A DNA stretch of 64,000 nucleotides from Cetorhinus maximus (lineage: Eukaryota), in assembly GCF_964194155.1 (NCBI RefSeq), contig NC_135886.1, positions 141,236,001-141,300,000 on the forward strand, given 5' to 3'. The notes beneath the pieces are model-generated. The model searched no databases, was not told the origin of the DNA, and saw only the letters and a list, made by a program, of their open reading frames with translations. Positions 23,790-36,644 of this stretch are shown in pieces. The position numbers and the translations under genes are program-made. The stretch's first letter is position 1; each line of letters opens with the position of its first letter.

Positions 23790-24450
23790 CATAAATCACT
23801 AAAAACAGTGACACAGTTTATTAAAGCCATAAAACAAAGCAAATAAACCCTTGGGGCTCATTTCTAGAGGGAAAGAATTGAAAAGCAACGAAGTTATGTT
23901 AATCTTATACAGAACCTTGGTTAGACCACACTTGAAGTACTTTGAACAGTTCTGGTCTCCACATTATAAAAAGGATATAGAGGGACTGGAGGAAAAACAT
24001 TACTTGAATGATGCCAGAACTGTGAGATAATACCTATCAGGAAAGATTGAACAGGCTGGGGCTCTTTTCCGTAGAAAAGAGAAGCATTTACAGCACAGAA
24101 ACAGGTGAATCAACCTTGCAGGTCAATGCAATAAATCCAATAGGGAATCCAGGAGAAATTCCTTTACCCAGAGAGTGTTGAGAATGTGGAACTTGCTACC
24201 ACAGGGAGTGGTTGAAGTGAGTTGTACAGATGGATTTAAGGGGAAGCTAGATAAACACATGAGGGAGAAAGGAACACAAGCACGTGCTGATAGGGTGAAA
24301 TGAAGAAGCTGATGCTGCCAGACCTGCTGAGTTTTTCCAGGTATTCCTGTTTTTGTTTTAAAATGAAGAAGTGTGTGAGGGGACTTGTGTACAGCATAAA
24401 CACCAGCACAGACCTGTTGGGCAAAATAGTCTGTTTCTGTTGAGATGCCA
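23790..24450 (+). mobile_element. CR1 3' fragment containing a 52-bp pLTR insertion
   Basis: LYRTLVRPHL.Y..QFWSPH motif; the insert at 24309-24360 is flanked by TSD AAATGAAGAAG. Confidence 0.8.
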
Positions 24451-24459
24451 TCTTCAAAG

Positions 24460-24910
24460 ATTTGTATATTTATATCGCATCTTTTATGACCTCAGGACAT
24501 CCCAAAGCACTTAACAGCCAACTGAAGTACTTTCAAAGTGTTAGCCACCATTGTAATGCAGGAATGTGGCAGCAAATGTGTGCACAGCAAACCCCACAAA
24601 AACAGCAATGCGGTAACGACTATATCGTGCCTTCTTTTAGTGACTTTGTTTGAGGGATAAATATTGGGCAGGACACCAGGAGGAATCCCTCTGCCTTCCG
24701 TCAAAGTAGTGCCTTGGGATCCTTTTACACCTCACAGAGAACGGCAGGCGGGAGCTCCAGTTTCATATTTCATCCCGAAAGACGGAATCTCCAACGGGTG
24801 CAGCACAATATTTTGTGGTGAAGTCTCGGGGTGGGGAGGGGGGGGGGCGAAGCCACAGTCTCCTGACTCAAAGGTGGGGAATATGCTACCAAGTGAGCTA
24901 CAGCCGACAG
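24460..24910 (-). mobile_element. DeuSINE copy
   Basis: Reverse complement of tail and Deu core (TGAGGGATAAATATTGGGCAGGACACC). Confidence 0.7.
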
Positions 24911-25537
24911 AAAGCATCGCTGATTAAAACTAGGGGATTCTGAGCCGCTGCGGGCAGTTTACCAACTGCAAAGCAACATAAAATGAGAACTCAAATATTG
25001 TTTCAGTGGCGTCAAGCAGTTTACTTCCTCTAACTCGTGTGCTGTCTTTACCCAGTGCTTGCAATAAATCTCAGATTACCTGTCTCACTGTGGGTGAGTC
25101 AGAGATGTTTTAATGAATCTGTCAGCAATGGCGAGGAAATATATGCAAACTTTACTTACAACAATAATTTTCCTGGAAATTACATTTAGCCATCAGTCAA
25201 CTGAACAGTGTTAACCGCGTTTAAAGGCTTAATTTATCTGCAAAGTTGACAGCCAGCACCTGGAATCCAGCAGGGGAGCAGTACCACATGTGAGCTCAGC
25301 AGCTGGATCACTGAATGTCAGGGTCTGGCAAATTAATAACATTTGGTAAAATGATAAAGAGATGATTACATTGTCAAAACAAAACAAAATATCAGTGGCT
25401 TGATGCATTATTTCAACCAGGCTTTCAGAAGCTCGATTTGACAATTTGTGTCACTTGAGAGCTTTTCTCAATACCGGCTGAATCGGGACTGGGACATGGG
25501 CTGTGTTCTGGAATAAATAGCTGACTCAGTAAAAGAC

Positions 25538-25900
25538 AGACTTGCATTTATATAGCACCTTTCGCAATCTCAGGACAGCGTAAAGCATTTTACAGTGAAT
25601 GAGGTAGTTTTTGAAGTGTAGTCAGCGTTGAAATGTAGGAAACGTGACAGCCGATTGATGCACAGCAAGCTCCCACAAACAACAACGTGACAATGACCAG
25701 ACAATCGGCTTTTGTGATGTGGGTTGAGGGATAAAGTTTGAACAGGACATTGGGGAGATCTCCCCTACATCTTTGAGATAGTCTTTTAGGATCTTTGTGA
25801 AGGCAGACAGTGCCTCAGTTTAACGTCTCACCCAAAAGACAGAACTCCTGACAGTGCAGCACTCCCTCAGTACGGCACTGGAATGTCAGCCTTGATTTTG
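25538..25900 (-). mobile_element. DeuSINE copy
   Basis: GACTTGCATTTATATAGCACCTTT tail; GCCTCAGTTTAACGTCTCA; GCAGCACTCCCTCAGTAC. Confidence 0.75.
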
Positions 25901-26178
25901 CTTTCAATCTGCCCCGATATTAACAGAGGTGGGTTTCGTGTGATGGGGGGGGGTGGGGGAGTGGGGGCGAGGGGGTGGGGGCGGTGGAGGGAGGGGCCAC
26001 TGGGGAGTGGGGGGGCTGCGGTGGAGGTTTGGTGCAAAATCTGGGAGACTGGGTTTGCTTGCGCAGAGATCTTCAGTGTTTACCCTGACAGTCGATCAGC
26101 TTTACAGCTTTTTTCTATTTCCGGATTCTCTGAACTGAGTTCAGGTTCTGTCACTGTCCCGGTGGGATTTGAACTCAC

Positions 26179-26850
26179 GGCAGAATTTTTCGCTGAGCGG
26201 TTCGGGCGCAGCCCCAACCCGCTCGAGCGTAAGATAGCGCATGGTTCAGTCGGACGAGCGCCCCGACGTCAGCGCACACTCGAGCAATATTTCGCTCGGC
26301 GAGCATGCGCTAAACTCAGAAGCGCGCCCGCCGAAAATGAAGGGGGCAATTAAGCCCATTAATGGCGCAATTAACCGAGCGAGATCTTTTGTTGCCCGTC
26401 CAATGTTACGTTTGGCGGGCGGGCGAATTGACCTTTGAAATTTTTCAGGAAACTTCATCCACGGGTGGGATGAGGTTTCTGTGATAAATTAAAATTAAAA
26501 TAAATTTCTGAGGACAGTATTTTCATTCCCTACGTTTTCAGGTAGCTGATTATGAAGCTTGGACACTATTTTTTTTCTGGTTTCTGTGACCCTTATTTTA
26601 GCTTGTTCAGGTTTTCAGCTCCCTCTCCACCTTCAGGGAGCTTCCTGTGAGTGCTCACCCACACCCGCGCTGACCTCAGCGCTCGCCCTCCTCCCGTCCC
26701 CCGCCCCAGCGGCGCTGAACCTTTCAGCGTGCGCTTCACGCTGGCTGTCCGTTAATTGGCCAGCCAGTGGCCAATCGCGGGTGGTGGTCCATTCCCCGGC
26801 CACTCCAGGGCCCGCTGATCGTGCCCGCACGCTGACCTAGAAGTCCTGCC
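26179..26850 (+). mobile_element. PIF/Harbinger MITE family A (~670 bp)
   Basis: TIRs GGCAGAATTTT / AAGTCCTGCC and 3-bp TSD CAC; homologous to 59324-59927 and 60051-60678. Confidence 0.8.
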
Positions 26851-27494
26851 CACAGTCTCAGAATTAACCAGCCCAGTAAATCGACCATATCTCGTACCGT
26901 AGATGGGAGAATGTCAAATGATGGCATCCAGCATATATTCCCAAACAGCTTTAACCTCTTTGGGTGACATCATTCAGGCACCCAGAGCGATATTCGATTA
27001 GAGTGGAAATGCAGCTTTGCTCTCTGCGCCGGAGATTTGCAGAAGCTGATATACTTCAGCTGATAAACCACAACCTATCTAGATACAAATTTAACGAATG
27101 ATGTGATGCATAAAGAGCAGACTCACAACCTCTTCTGAGCGGACTGCAGTGAAAGGATGGTCTAATCTGCATTCAGGAAATGTGATGGGCTCCCTTTTTT
27201 ATTATGTAAATGTTGATAGGAATGCTTTCTAATTCAGTTTGTGCTGGACACTGGTCAGCCCTGTCCTATTGTTAGCTGCAGCCTCCAGGGGTTCCCTTGG
27301 CTTTCCATCGCTACCATTAAGTTGAATGGTTTGTAATTTGCCTCTGCAGCTCTGCTTACAGTTATAACCCATATGATTGAAACCTTTCTAATGTCTTTGG
27401 CATTTGCATTTTGCCTCGTGTGCTTTGCATTTCAGAGCACACACACGTTTAAAGTCTCTGTTACTTGTAAGAATTGAGGTGAACAACAGTGCAT

Positions 27495-28065
27495 AAAACA
27501 ACTTTCATTTATATAGCGCCTTCAACATAGTTTTTTAAAAAGCCCCAGGGTTCTTCACAGGAGCGTTATGAGCAATTATAAAAACAAAAGAATGTAAGAA
27601 ATGAGAGTAGGAGTAGGCCATACAAAATCCTCGAGCCTGCATCACAGTTCAATACGATCATGGCTGATCTTCAACCTCAACTTCATTTTCCTCCTGATCC
27701 TCAAATCCTGTAATTCCCACAGAATCCAAAAATCTATCTATTTTACCCTTGAATATTCTCAATTACGAAGGATCCTCAGCCCTCTGGTGTAGAGAATCCC
27801 AAAAATCCACAACCATAAAGAGGTATTAGGACACGTGGCTAAATGTTTCATCAAAGAGATAAGGTTCGAGGAGTGTCTTAGAGGAGAAAGGGGAGAGGTA
27901 GCCCCATAGAGTAGTGAGAGAATTCCAGAGCTTAGAGCCTTGGCAGGGCCACCAATAGCGCAGCCAATGAAAATTATGGATGCATGAGAGGCCAGAATTT
28001 GGGGAAGCACAGAGGTCTTGGTGGGTTGTAGAGATAGAGAAGGGGCAAGGCAATGGATGGAGTTG
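27495..28065 (-). mobile_element. L2 3' end interrupted by a CR1 3' end (27590-27815)
   Basis: AACAACTTTCATTTATATAGCGCC tail; the inserted piece AAGAAATGAGAGTAGGAGTAGGCCA is a reverse-complemented CR1 tail. Confidence 0.7.
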
Positions 28066-28679
28066 ATCCCTCTTTTTGCCAGGTACTCCTTTATGTTGCC
28101 AATGGTGCCTCGTTTCCTTAGGTTCTCTTACACCCCTTGACTTCTGACCCCTTCATCCCCTGATCCAACTTGTCATCACTGTTCAGCTCTGCACTCACCT
28201 TTCCCATCACTCCATGCTTCACCCTCTTCAGCTTTGTGCCCACAGCACAACTGGGGGTGCAAGAGATGGTGGCCTGAAACTCCACCACAGCGTGTTGTTT
28301 TTCCACCCAAAAAAAGGCACTTTGATGTCATATCTTTTCCCTGTTCGCTCCTTGTTTTCTGTTTAAATCTAAGAATAATTTTGCTGCATTTTTTGATGGT
28401 GCAACTCCCTCTATGTTTCTCCTGTCATGGAGGGAATGGGTGTGACCTGCTCTCGGGCTAATTCCAATGCTGTTCAGTTGGCTTGGTTGCTCGTTACAAT
28501 GGAAAAGTAGCCCTTATTTACCCACTCCCTCTCCCTCCGACCTTTACTCCAGCCTTTTCCACCACAATAAAACTGGATCATAATGGATGGATTCCGCATC
28601 ATCCCTGCTGCAGTGCCACATATTGATAGAACCTAGTGCGTATATACCAAAAATACTCCAAAAGGCCAATGAAAAGGAC

Positions 28680-29172
28680 TCTTGTCCTTTATCTCAAGGG
28701 GGACAGGAATGCAAAGGGGAGGAAATTATGCTTTGGTTGTATAAAGCTCTACTCAGACCCTATCTGGAGTGTTGAGTTCAGTTCTGGGCACCACACCTCA
28801 GGAAGAATTGATTGGCCTTGAAGGAAATGCAGAGCAAATTCACTAGAATGATAACAGAGTGTAAAGAGTTAAATTGCGAGGACAGTTTACATAAATGTAA
28901 CTTTTATTCCCTTGAGTTTAGACAATTGAAGGGTGATCTAACTGAAGTGTTTAAAATGATAAAAAGATTCAGTGGAGTTGGGAAACTGTAACCTCTACTG
29001 GGGAATCCAGAACAAGAGAGCACGAGATCCAATTGAAGCCATTCAGGGATGATATCAGAAAGCACTGTTTTCACAGAAAGCTTAGTAGAACCATGGAATT
29101 CTTTCCTCAAAAGGCTGGCAAGTCAATTGGAGCAATCAATACTCAGACAGAGAAAGATCTGCTGGGTGTGTC
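28680..29172 (+). mobile_element. Old CR1 fragment (resumes at 31408-31525)
   Basis: LYKALLRPYLEC motif; its 3' UTR continues after the nested CR1. Confidence 0.75.
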
Positions 29173-29173
29173 T

Positions 29174-31407
29174 CAGAATCACAGAATTTTGACTGCGCAG
29201 AAGGAGACCATTCGGCCCACTGTGTCTGCACCGGCTCTCCAAATGAGCATTATGACCTAGTGCCATTGCCCTGCCTTTTCCCTGTACCCCTGCACGTTGT
29301 TTCTATTCAAATAATCATCTAATGCCCTCTTGAATGCCTCGATTGAACCTGCCTCCCGTACACTTCCAGGCCGTGCATTCCAGACCCGAACCACTCGTTG
29401 TGGGAAAAAGCTTTTTCTCACATCACATTTGCTTCTTTTGCAAATCACTTTAAATCTGTGCCTTCTCGTTCTTGATCCTTTTACGAGTGGGAACATATTC
29501 TCCCTATTATGTTCAGCCCCCTCATGATTTTTAAATCTCCTCTTAGCCTCCTTTTCTCCAAGGAGAACAGTCCCAACTGCTGCAGTCTACCTTCATAGCT
29601 GAAGTTTCTCAACCCTGGAACTATTCTTGTAAACCTCTTCTGCACCCTCTCCAATGTGTTCACATCCTTCCTATAATGTGGCATCCAGAACTCCAGCTGA
29701 GGTCTAATGAGTGTCTTATATAAATTCAGCATAACCTCTTTGCTCTTGCACTCTATGCCTATTAATAAAGCCCAGGATACTATATGCTTTATTCACTGTT
29801 CTCTCCACCTGTCCTGACACCTTCAATGATCAATGCACATATACACCCAGGTCTTTCTGCTCCTGCACCCCCTTCAAAATTTCACCCCGTATTTTGTATT
29901 GTCTGTCCATGTTCTTCCTATCAAAGTGCATCACCTCACACTTCTCCCCATTGAACTTCATCTGCCACCTATCTGCCCACCCCACCAACTTGTTTACGTC
30001 CTTTTGAAGTTCTACATTTTCCTCCTTGAAGTTTACAACACTCCCAAGCTTCATATCATCCACAAACTTTGAAATTGTCCCCTGCAGACCAAGATCTAGA
30101 TCATTAATATATATCAGGAAAAGCAAGGCTCCTAATACTGACCCCTGGGTAAGTCCGCTACAAACCTTCCTCCAGCCTGAAAGATATCCATTGACCATTA
30201 CTCTCTGCTTCCTATTTTTCAGCTAATTTTGTATCCACGTTGCTACTGTCCCTTTTATTCCATGAGCAATAACATACAAGTCTACTGTGTATCAAATGCC
30301 TTTTGAAAGTCCATGTACACCACATCAACAGCATTATCCTCATCGACATTTTCTGTTACCTCTTCAAAAAACTCCAGCTAGTTAAACATGATTTCCCGTT
30401 TAGAAATCCATGCTGGCTCTTCCTTATTAACCCACATTTTTCCATGTGACTATTAATTCTATCACAAATAATTATTTCTAGAATCTTGCCCTCCACTGAA
30501 GTCAAACTGACTGGTCTGTAATTGCTGGGCTTATCCTTACAACCTTTTTTGAACAAGGGCGTAATGTTTGCAATTCTACAGTCCTCTGGCACCTCCCCTG
30601 AGTCTAGGGATGACTGAAAGATTATGGCCAGTGGCCCTGCAATTTCTACTCTCACTTCCTTCAATATCATTGGATGCATCTCATCCGGTGCCGGTGCCTT
30701 GTCAACTTTAAGTACCAACAGTCTATTCAACACTCATTCCTTATCAATGTTGAGCCCTTCTAGTCACAGAGTTTCCTCACCTGTCACCATGGCCTGGGTA
30801 GCATCTACCTCCTTGGTAAAGATGGATGCAAAGTATTCATTTAATACCTCAACCATAGCTCCTTCGTCCATGTGTAAATTCCCTTTTAGGTCCCTAATCA
30901 GCCCTACTATTCCTTTTACCACCCTTTTACTATTTACAGAAGACTTTGGGATTCCCCTTCATGTTGGCTGCCAGTCTTTTCTCATAATCCCTCTTCGCTT
31001 CTCTAATATGCTTTTTCACCTCCCCTCTGAACCTTTTGTATTCCTCTTGGTTCTCAATTGTATTTTCTGCCTGACACCTGTCATAAGCGCACTTTTTCTT
31101 CTTTATCTTAATTTCAATCTCCTTTTTCATCCAGGGGGCTCTGGATTTCTTTGCCCTACCTTTCCCTTTCGATGGAATACACCTTGACTGTGCCCCAACC
31201 AATTCTTTTTTGAAGGTAGCCCATTGTTCAGCTACAGTTTTTCCTACCAACCTTTCCTTCCAGTCTATCTGGCCCAGCTCCGTTCTTGCCCCATTGAAGT
31301 CGGCTCTCGTCCAGTTAATTATTTTCACTCTGGATTGCCTATCGTCCTTTTCTATCATCATCCTAAAATGCACAATACAATGATCACTGTCTCCTAAATG
31401 TTCTATC
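29174..31407 (-). mobile_element. CR1 LINE, 5'-truncated ORF2 (end of APE endonuclease, RT, 3' tail)
   Basis: LGDSDHCIVHF, NYRPVSLTSVEGKILE, QHGF, QGSVLG, FVDD and RVWNA motifs across five frameshifted ORFs; ATTCTGTG tail. Confidence 0.95.
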
Positions 31408-31870
31408 AAAGGAAATGGAGCAAAGGTGGGTAAATGGAATTAAAATACAAATTACCCATTATCTATTTGAATGCCAGAATAGGATTGAGGGGTTGAATGG
31501 CTCCTTCTGTTCATATGTTCCTATGACAGTCCAAAGTACTTTGCATTAGTAATTTAAGTTTTAATTTGGCAATTATATTTTAAGATCATGTAAGCTTTGG
31601 GGAGCGACATCCTCCCTGGCCAGGAGTCCAGTACCAGAGGTGGACTGGCTCCCCAGAATGGGAACAAGATTCAACCAAATTTTCACAGAACAAAAGTGGG
31701 GATGGGTTTTCTGTGGTGCAGTTGATGGGGTGCACATGGTAAACATCCCATACCGCCTGTTTCTCCTTGGCTGGTACACATCGAGACTCCTTGTCCACAT
31801 CCGTCCGCTGTGGAATCTCCTGAGGCTTAAGGATGAAAGCATTACTTGGAGGCAGAGAATATTTCCATGT

Positions 31871-32218
31871 GAGGGGTATAGACAGAGTAAATGCGAGTAG
31901 GCTCTTTCCACTTAGATTAGGAGAAATAAACACGAGAGGACATGGCTTTAGGGTGAAAGGGGAAAGGTTTAGGGGAAACATTAGGGGGGAACTTCTTCAC
32001 TCAGAGTGGTGAGAGTGTGGAACGAGCTACCATCTGACATGGTAAATGCGGGCTCACTCTTAAGTTTTAAGAATAAATTAGATAGATACATGGATGGGAG
32101 AGGTCTGGAGGGTTATGGACTAGGTGCAGGTCAATGGGACTAGCGGAATAATATTTCAGCACAGACTAGAAGGGCCGAATGGCCTGTTTTCTGTGCTGTA
32201 GTCTTCTATGGTTCTATG
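31871..32218 (+). mobile_element. CR1 3' end
   Basis: TRGHGFRVKG and GTGGTGAGAGTGTGGAAC; (TTCTATGG) tail. Confidence 0.85.
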
Positions 32219-33134
32219 AACCTTGCCCACTAAGAGAGTGCTTGTGGTGTCACAAATCTGTCTTCGTTACTCATAGAACACAGGTTAGTCTGTATGATGC
32301 TAAATGATGTATTCTTCATTGAGAAATAGAGGGATTAGTGCAAGTGCTGCAATTTGGGTGTAAAATGGACATGAATTGACAGATCAATTTAGCAGTGAGG
32401 CAGTCTGCATCAAATCTGTGCAAGCAGTGATCCAAATGCCTAATATGTGGGTACTGGACAGACGTGTAAAACAGGTATTAGACCCTTATCTATGTTAATG
32501 AGGGGCTTATCCCCCTGTTAAAAACCAAATTTAGAAGATTAGTTATCGATAGGAACTGAATCTACACCTAGTCACCGGGTCCAGAATAATTTATATACCC
32601 TTAGTTTTTAGTAGGTCAATGGCGAATTATAAAATGAAAATCTAAAGTTGCAGAAAAGGTTTTTTTTTAATTCTTCGCATTGTTAAGTATGTTAAATATC
32701 TGTGGCTATTGCTTTAAGCCTTTAGGCTTAATCTATTGGCATGCATAAGTACTGCAGCATCTTATTAAAGTACCTAGTGTTGTCTTTGAACTTCAAGGAT
32801 GATACATCCTTTCGAACAAAGCTCCAGACATCTTGGCAACAGTTTTGAGCAGAATAATCATTAATTTGTCTTTGTCTCAGACAAATACTCAGTATTTACA
32901 TCCAAATAGCAACGATAGGTTGGAGAATGCCTCAAGGTAGTTTCCTACTGTAGTTCCCATTAGTTGACAAAAAGATCATTGGAAGAACCCTGTAGATTTT
33001 TGCCATCAGCTACTGTTAACTGATGGCCTAAATTAACCTTGCTTCACAAAAACATTTAAACCTTTCCAAATTGAGTGAGTTCCTGGCAGTTGTCACTGTG
33101 GTTATTTTCCAGGTATGCAGTGCAATACTGTTGC

Positions 33135-33455
33135 TCAGTGGTAGCACTCTCACCTCTGAGTTCATAGGTTATGAATTCAAATTTTGAGGGATTTGAGCAT
33201 GAAATCTGGGGCTGTTGACACTTCTAGCACAGCACTGAGAGAGTGCTGCACTGCCAGCTGTGCCATTTTTAGCATGAAATGTTAAACCGAGGCCCTGCGT
33301 GTCCTCTCAGGTGGATAGAAAAATCCGATGGCATTATGTTCATGAAGAGGTGGGAGCTCTCAATATTAATCCCTCAGCCAACATCACTACAACTGACTAT
33401 CTGGTGATTGTCACATTTATATCTGTGGGACCTTGCTGTGCACAAACTGGCTGTG
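33135..33455 (+). mobile_element. DeuSINE copy
   Basis: GCTCAGTGGTAGCACTCTCACCTCTGAG A-box-like head; GTTAAACCGAGGCCC...CTCTCAGGTGGA core. Confidence 0.75.
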
Positions 33456-33809
33456 TTAATCCCACTGAATACAGATTAATCTCGGTGGTGTTAACTGTAT
33501 CCCAATGTGCTCTTAATCTATCCTAGTGTGCTTAAATTTCCCTCAGAACCTCTGGATTATTTCCAATGCTTAATGTCTCCCAATCCTCACTAGAGTCAGT
33601 GATTTCCCAGCAGTACAATGTTCACATTGGGGTGTCAGTCACAAGTGGTATTATCATATTTCTATACATCAAACAGTTCTTTCTTTCTCAAATATTCAGG
33701 GTTTATGTGAACCAAATAATGGTTGATTTGAGTCATCATGGAGTTTAAAGTGACTAGTCGCATGTCAACGTCAATTAGATCTCAATATCCTGAAACCGAG
33801 ATCTGACAG

Positions 33810-34150
33810 AGGTGTACAAAATGATGACAGGCTTAGTTAAGATTCACAAAGAAAAGCAGGACTAGGTGACACAGATTTAAGATTTTGATCAAGAGATACA
33901 GGGGGATGTCAAGAAAAACTTTTTCACACAGTGAATGGTAATGATCTGGAACTCGCGGCCCACGGGGGTGATGGAAGCAGAGATGATGAATGATTCCAAA
34001 AGGAAATTGGATGGACACTTGAGGGAAATAAACTTGCACAGCTATGGGGATATAGCAGGGGAATGGGACTGACTGGATTTCTCTACAGAGAGTTAGCATG
34101 AGCTCAATGGGCCAAATCGCCTCCTCCTGTGCCATTATAACTCTGGGACT
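33810..34150 (+). mobile_element. CR1 3' end
   Basis: GAGGTGTACAAAATGATG...GATCTGGAACTCGC...ATGGGCCAAATCGCCTCCT. Confidence 0.8.
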
Positions 34151-34153
34151 CTA

Positions 34154-34896
34154 TGGGTGGAATTTGGGCCTGTTCACTGGCTGGAAAACTGGTGACAATT
34201 CCCACTGCAATGGTTTTTGGGCACTTACCTGCTGCCATCGGGCTTCCTAGCTTCTGTGAAGGGAACTCTCCCCACCACCAGAAATCCTGACATGGGATCA
34301 AAGGTTACGGGGAGAAGGCGGGAGAATGGGGTTGAGAAACTTATCAGCCATGATTGAATGGCGGAGCAGACTCGATGGGCCGAATGGCCTAATTTCTGCT
34401 CCTATGTCTTATGGTCTTATGGTATGGAGCAAATACCCTCCCATTGAAAGTTGCCAGCCATTCAGAGGCTAGAAGTCCTCCAGTACCGGCAGCGCCACTA
34501 AAAGTGGAGGCCCAGATCAGGGAGGAGGTGTGGGGAAGGGGACTGATTTAAAGGGTGTGGGGTCTTACTCTGGGCCCCTCTGTTCCCGCCGGCAGATGTC
34601 TCCACTGGGCACATCGTGTCCAACCGGGAGGAACACCTCCTACCAGGCCCCAGGACACCCTTCAAGGGTTTTCCTGGTCGGGACCCTGCCCACCACTGGT
34701 TAAATATGGGATGAGGCTCCTGAGTGGCCAATTTAAGGGTCTCGATTGACCCCCAGGAGGGAAGGCCATCCTCAAGCCTGGACTAAATCAGAGGGAGGCA
34801 GGACGATGAAGAGATTTCCACCCTGTGTCTACTTGTCCAATTGCATGCTCCACCCCAGCCTCTGAACCCCGCTCCAAAGGGCATCAAATTTTGCCC
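34154..34896. mobile_element. Harbinger-type MITE interrupted by a young CR1 3' end (34294-34423)
   Basis: TIR-like GGGTGGAATTT ... AAATTTTGCCC; the insert ends in (CTTATGGT)n. Confidence 0.55.
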
Positions 34897-35489
34897 GATG
34901 ACTTTGAATTTCCTTATCCTCCTGTTCACTAATTAGCCCGTGCTATTATTTGAATTCCAATTGAACTGTTTAAACTTTTCAGAAAAATCCTGTGCTGATA
35001 ACTTGTCAAAAGAGCAAAGTCCTATTTGAAGTGAAGAGTTCTACATCTGGTTCTGATTGGCCTTAACTGTTTTGAGAGTAAACAAGTGACAGTAACAGAG
35101 CAGCGTTGAAACATAGGATTTAGAGTTGTGAAGTGCAAGAGCTTGAATAATAATCCAGCAAACTTTTTGGAAGACTTTGCGAAGGCTGATGTAGATTTCT
35201 GACAGTTAGAACAGCTACAATTCAGCAATGTGAGGGCTGCAATTTAATGGATGAACTTTTAACTTTGTTTGACACTCAGCTGCTTGCTGTTTTAACTTTG
35301 CATTACATTTATTTTAAACAGGTTAACACCTCCGCCACAATAGTGGAGGGAGGGGTGGCACTTGAAAGCAATAAACATGAGTCCACTAATATCACGTCAA
35401 ATTATTTCTAGGAGAAAGAAATGCAGAGAAAAGACAGGGTAATGTTTCAAATACTGGTCATGAGCCTTGGCAGATGGTTAGCACGGCCT

Positions 35490-35810
35490 TGCAGCACAGA
35501 AGGAGACCATTCAGCCCATCATACTTGTACCAGCTCTTTGAGAGTTAGTCCCATTCTCCTCGCCCTTTCCCCATTGCCCTGCAAATGCTGTTTTTCAAAT
35601 ATTTATCCAATTCCATTTTGAAAGTTATTGTTGAATCTGCTACCACCTCCCTTTCAGGCAGCGCATCGCGGATCACAACAACTTATTGAGTACAAGGATA
35701 TTGCCTTAATTTCTCTTTCGTCCTTTTGCCAATTATCTTAACTCTCTGGCTGGTCACTGACCCCAACTGCCACTGGGAACAGTTTCTCCCTTATTTAACT
35801 ATATCAAAAC
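35490..35810 (-). mobile_element. CR1 3' end
   Basis: GCACAGAAGGAGACCATTCAGCCCAT...CCCTTTCAGGCAGCGCA. Confidence 0.7.
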
Positions 35811-36227
35811 CACTCACTCAAAGCTTTAAGTACAACAGTCATTAATTGATAACTTTCCATTTTCTTTAAAAAAAAACTCCTTCTTCAACAGCCTATTAGA
35901 TGTCTCTCAGCCAAGCCTCATTATGTATTTTTGGCTGACAGCCCAAAAATCCATTGGACTACAAAAAGCACCTGAGTGCCAGAGGAAACATCAATTGATT
36001 AATGATCTCTGATCTTTTCTGTCAATTTCACAATTTTTATTTACACAAGATAAAGAGGTTTCAAATGCTTGTAGCTTCTGTTATTTAAACTTTAAAGGGT
36101 CTGGGTGATTGACACTCTTATTGGGCTGTATTATAAGTTTTTTTATGATTGAATGATTTAAATTTTTTTTTACACAAACTGTCATCACTATCGGATTCAT
36201 TGCTTCTATACTGTGAATAGTGGGGTT

Positions 36228-36630
36228 TTTTTTATTTGTTCCTGGGATGTGGGCTTCACTGGCTAGGCTCATCCCTAATTGCCCTTGAGAAGGTGGTGGT
36301 GAGCTGCTTTATTGAACCGCTGCAGTCCATGTGGTGTAGGTACACCCACAGTGCTGTTAGGGAGTGAGTTCCAGAATTTTGACCCAGCGACAGTGAAGGA
36401 ATGGCGAGATATTTCCAAGTCAGGATGATGAGTGACTTGAAGAGGTGGCGTTCCAATGTGTCTGCTGCCCTTGCCCTTCTAGATGGTAGTGGCCGTGGGT
36501 TTGGAATGTGCTGTTGAAGGAGGCTTGGTAAGTTCCTGCAGTGCATCTTATAAGTGGTACACACTGCTGCCACTGTGCATCAGTGGTGAAAGGAATGAAT
36601 GTTTGTGGATGTGGTGCCAAACAAGCAGGT
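36228..36630 (-). mobile_element. CR1-group LINE 3' end
   Basis: AAVCTTYKMHCRN (36256-36573) matches ORF 18307-18612. Confidence 0.85.
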
Positions 36631-36644
36631 TGCTTTGTCCTGAA

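Noticed and set aside
30624-31187. 187-aa plus-strand ORF
   Set aside because: Antisense shadow of CR1 ORF2.
33135-33210. tRNA gene
   Set aside because: The tRNA-like head continues into a SINE body and forms no complete cloverleaf.
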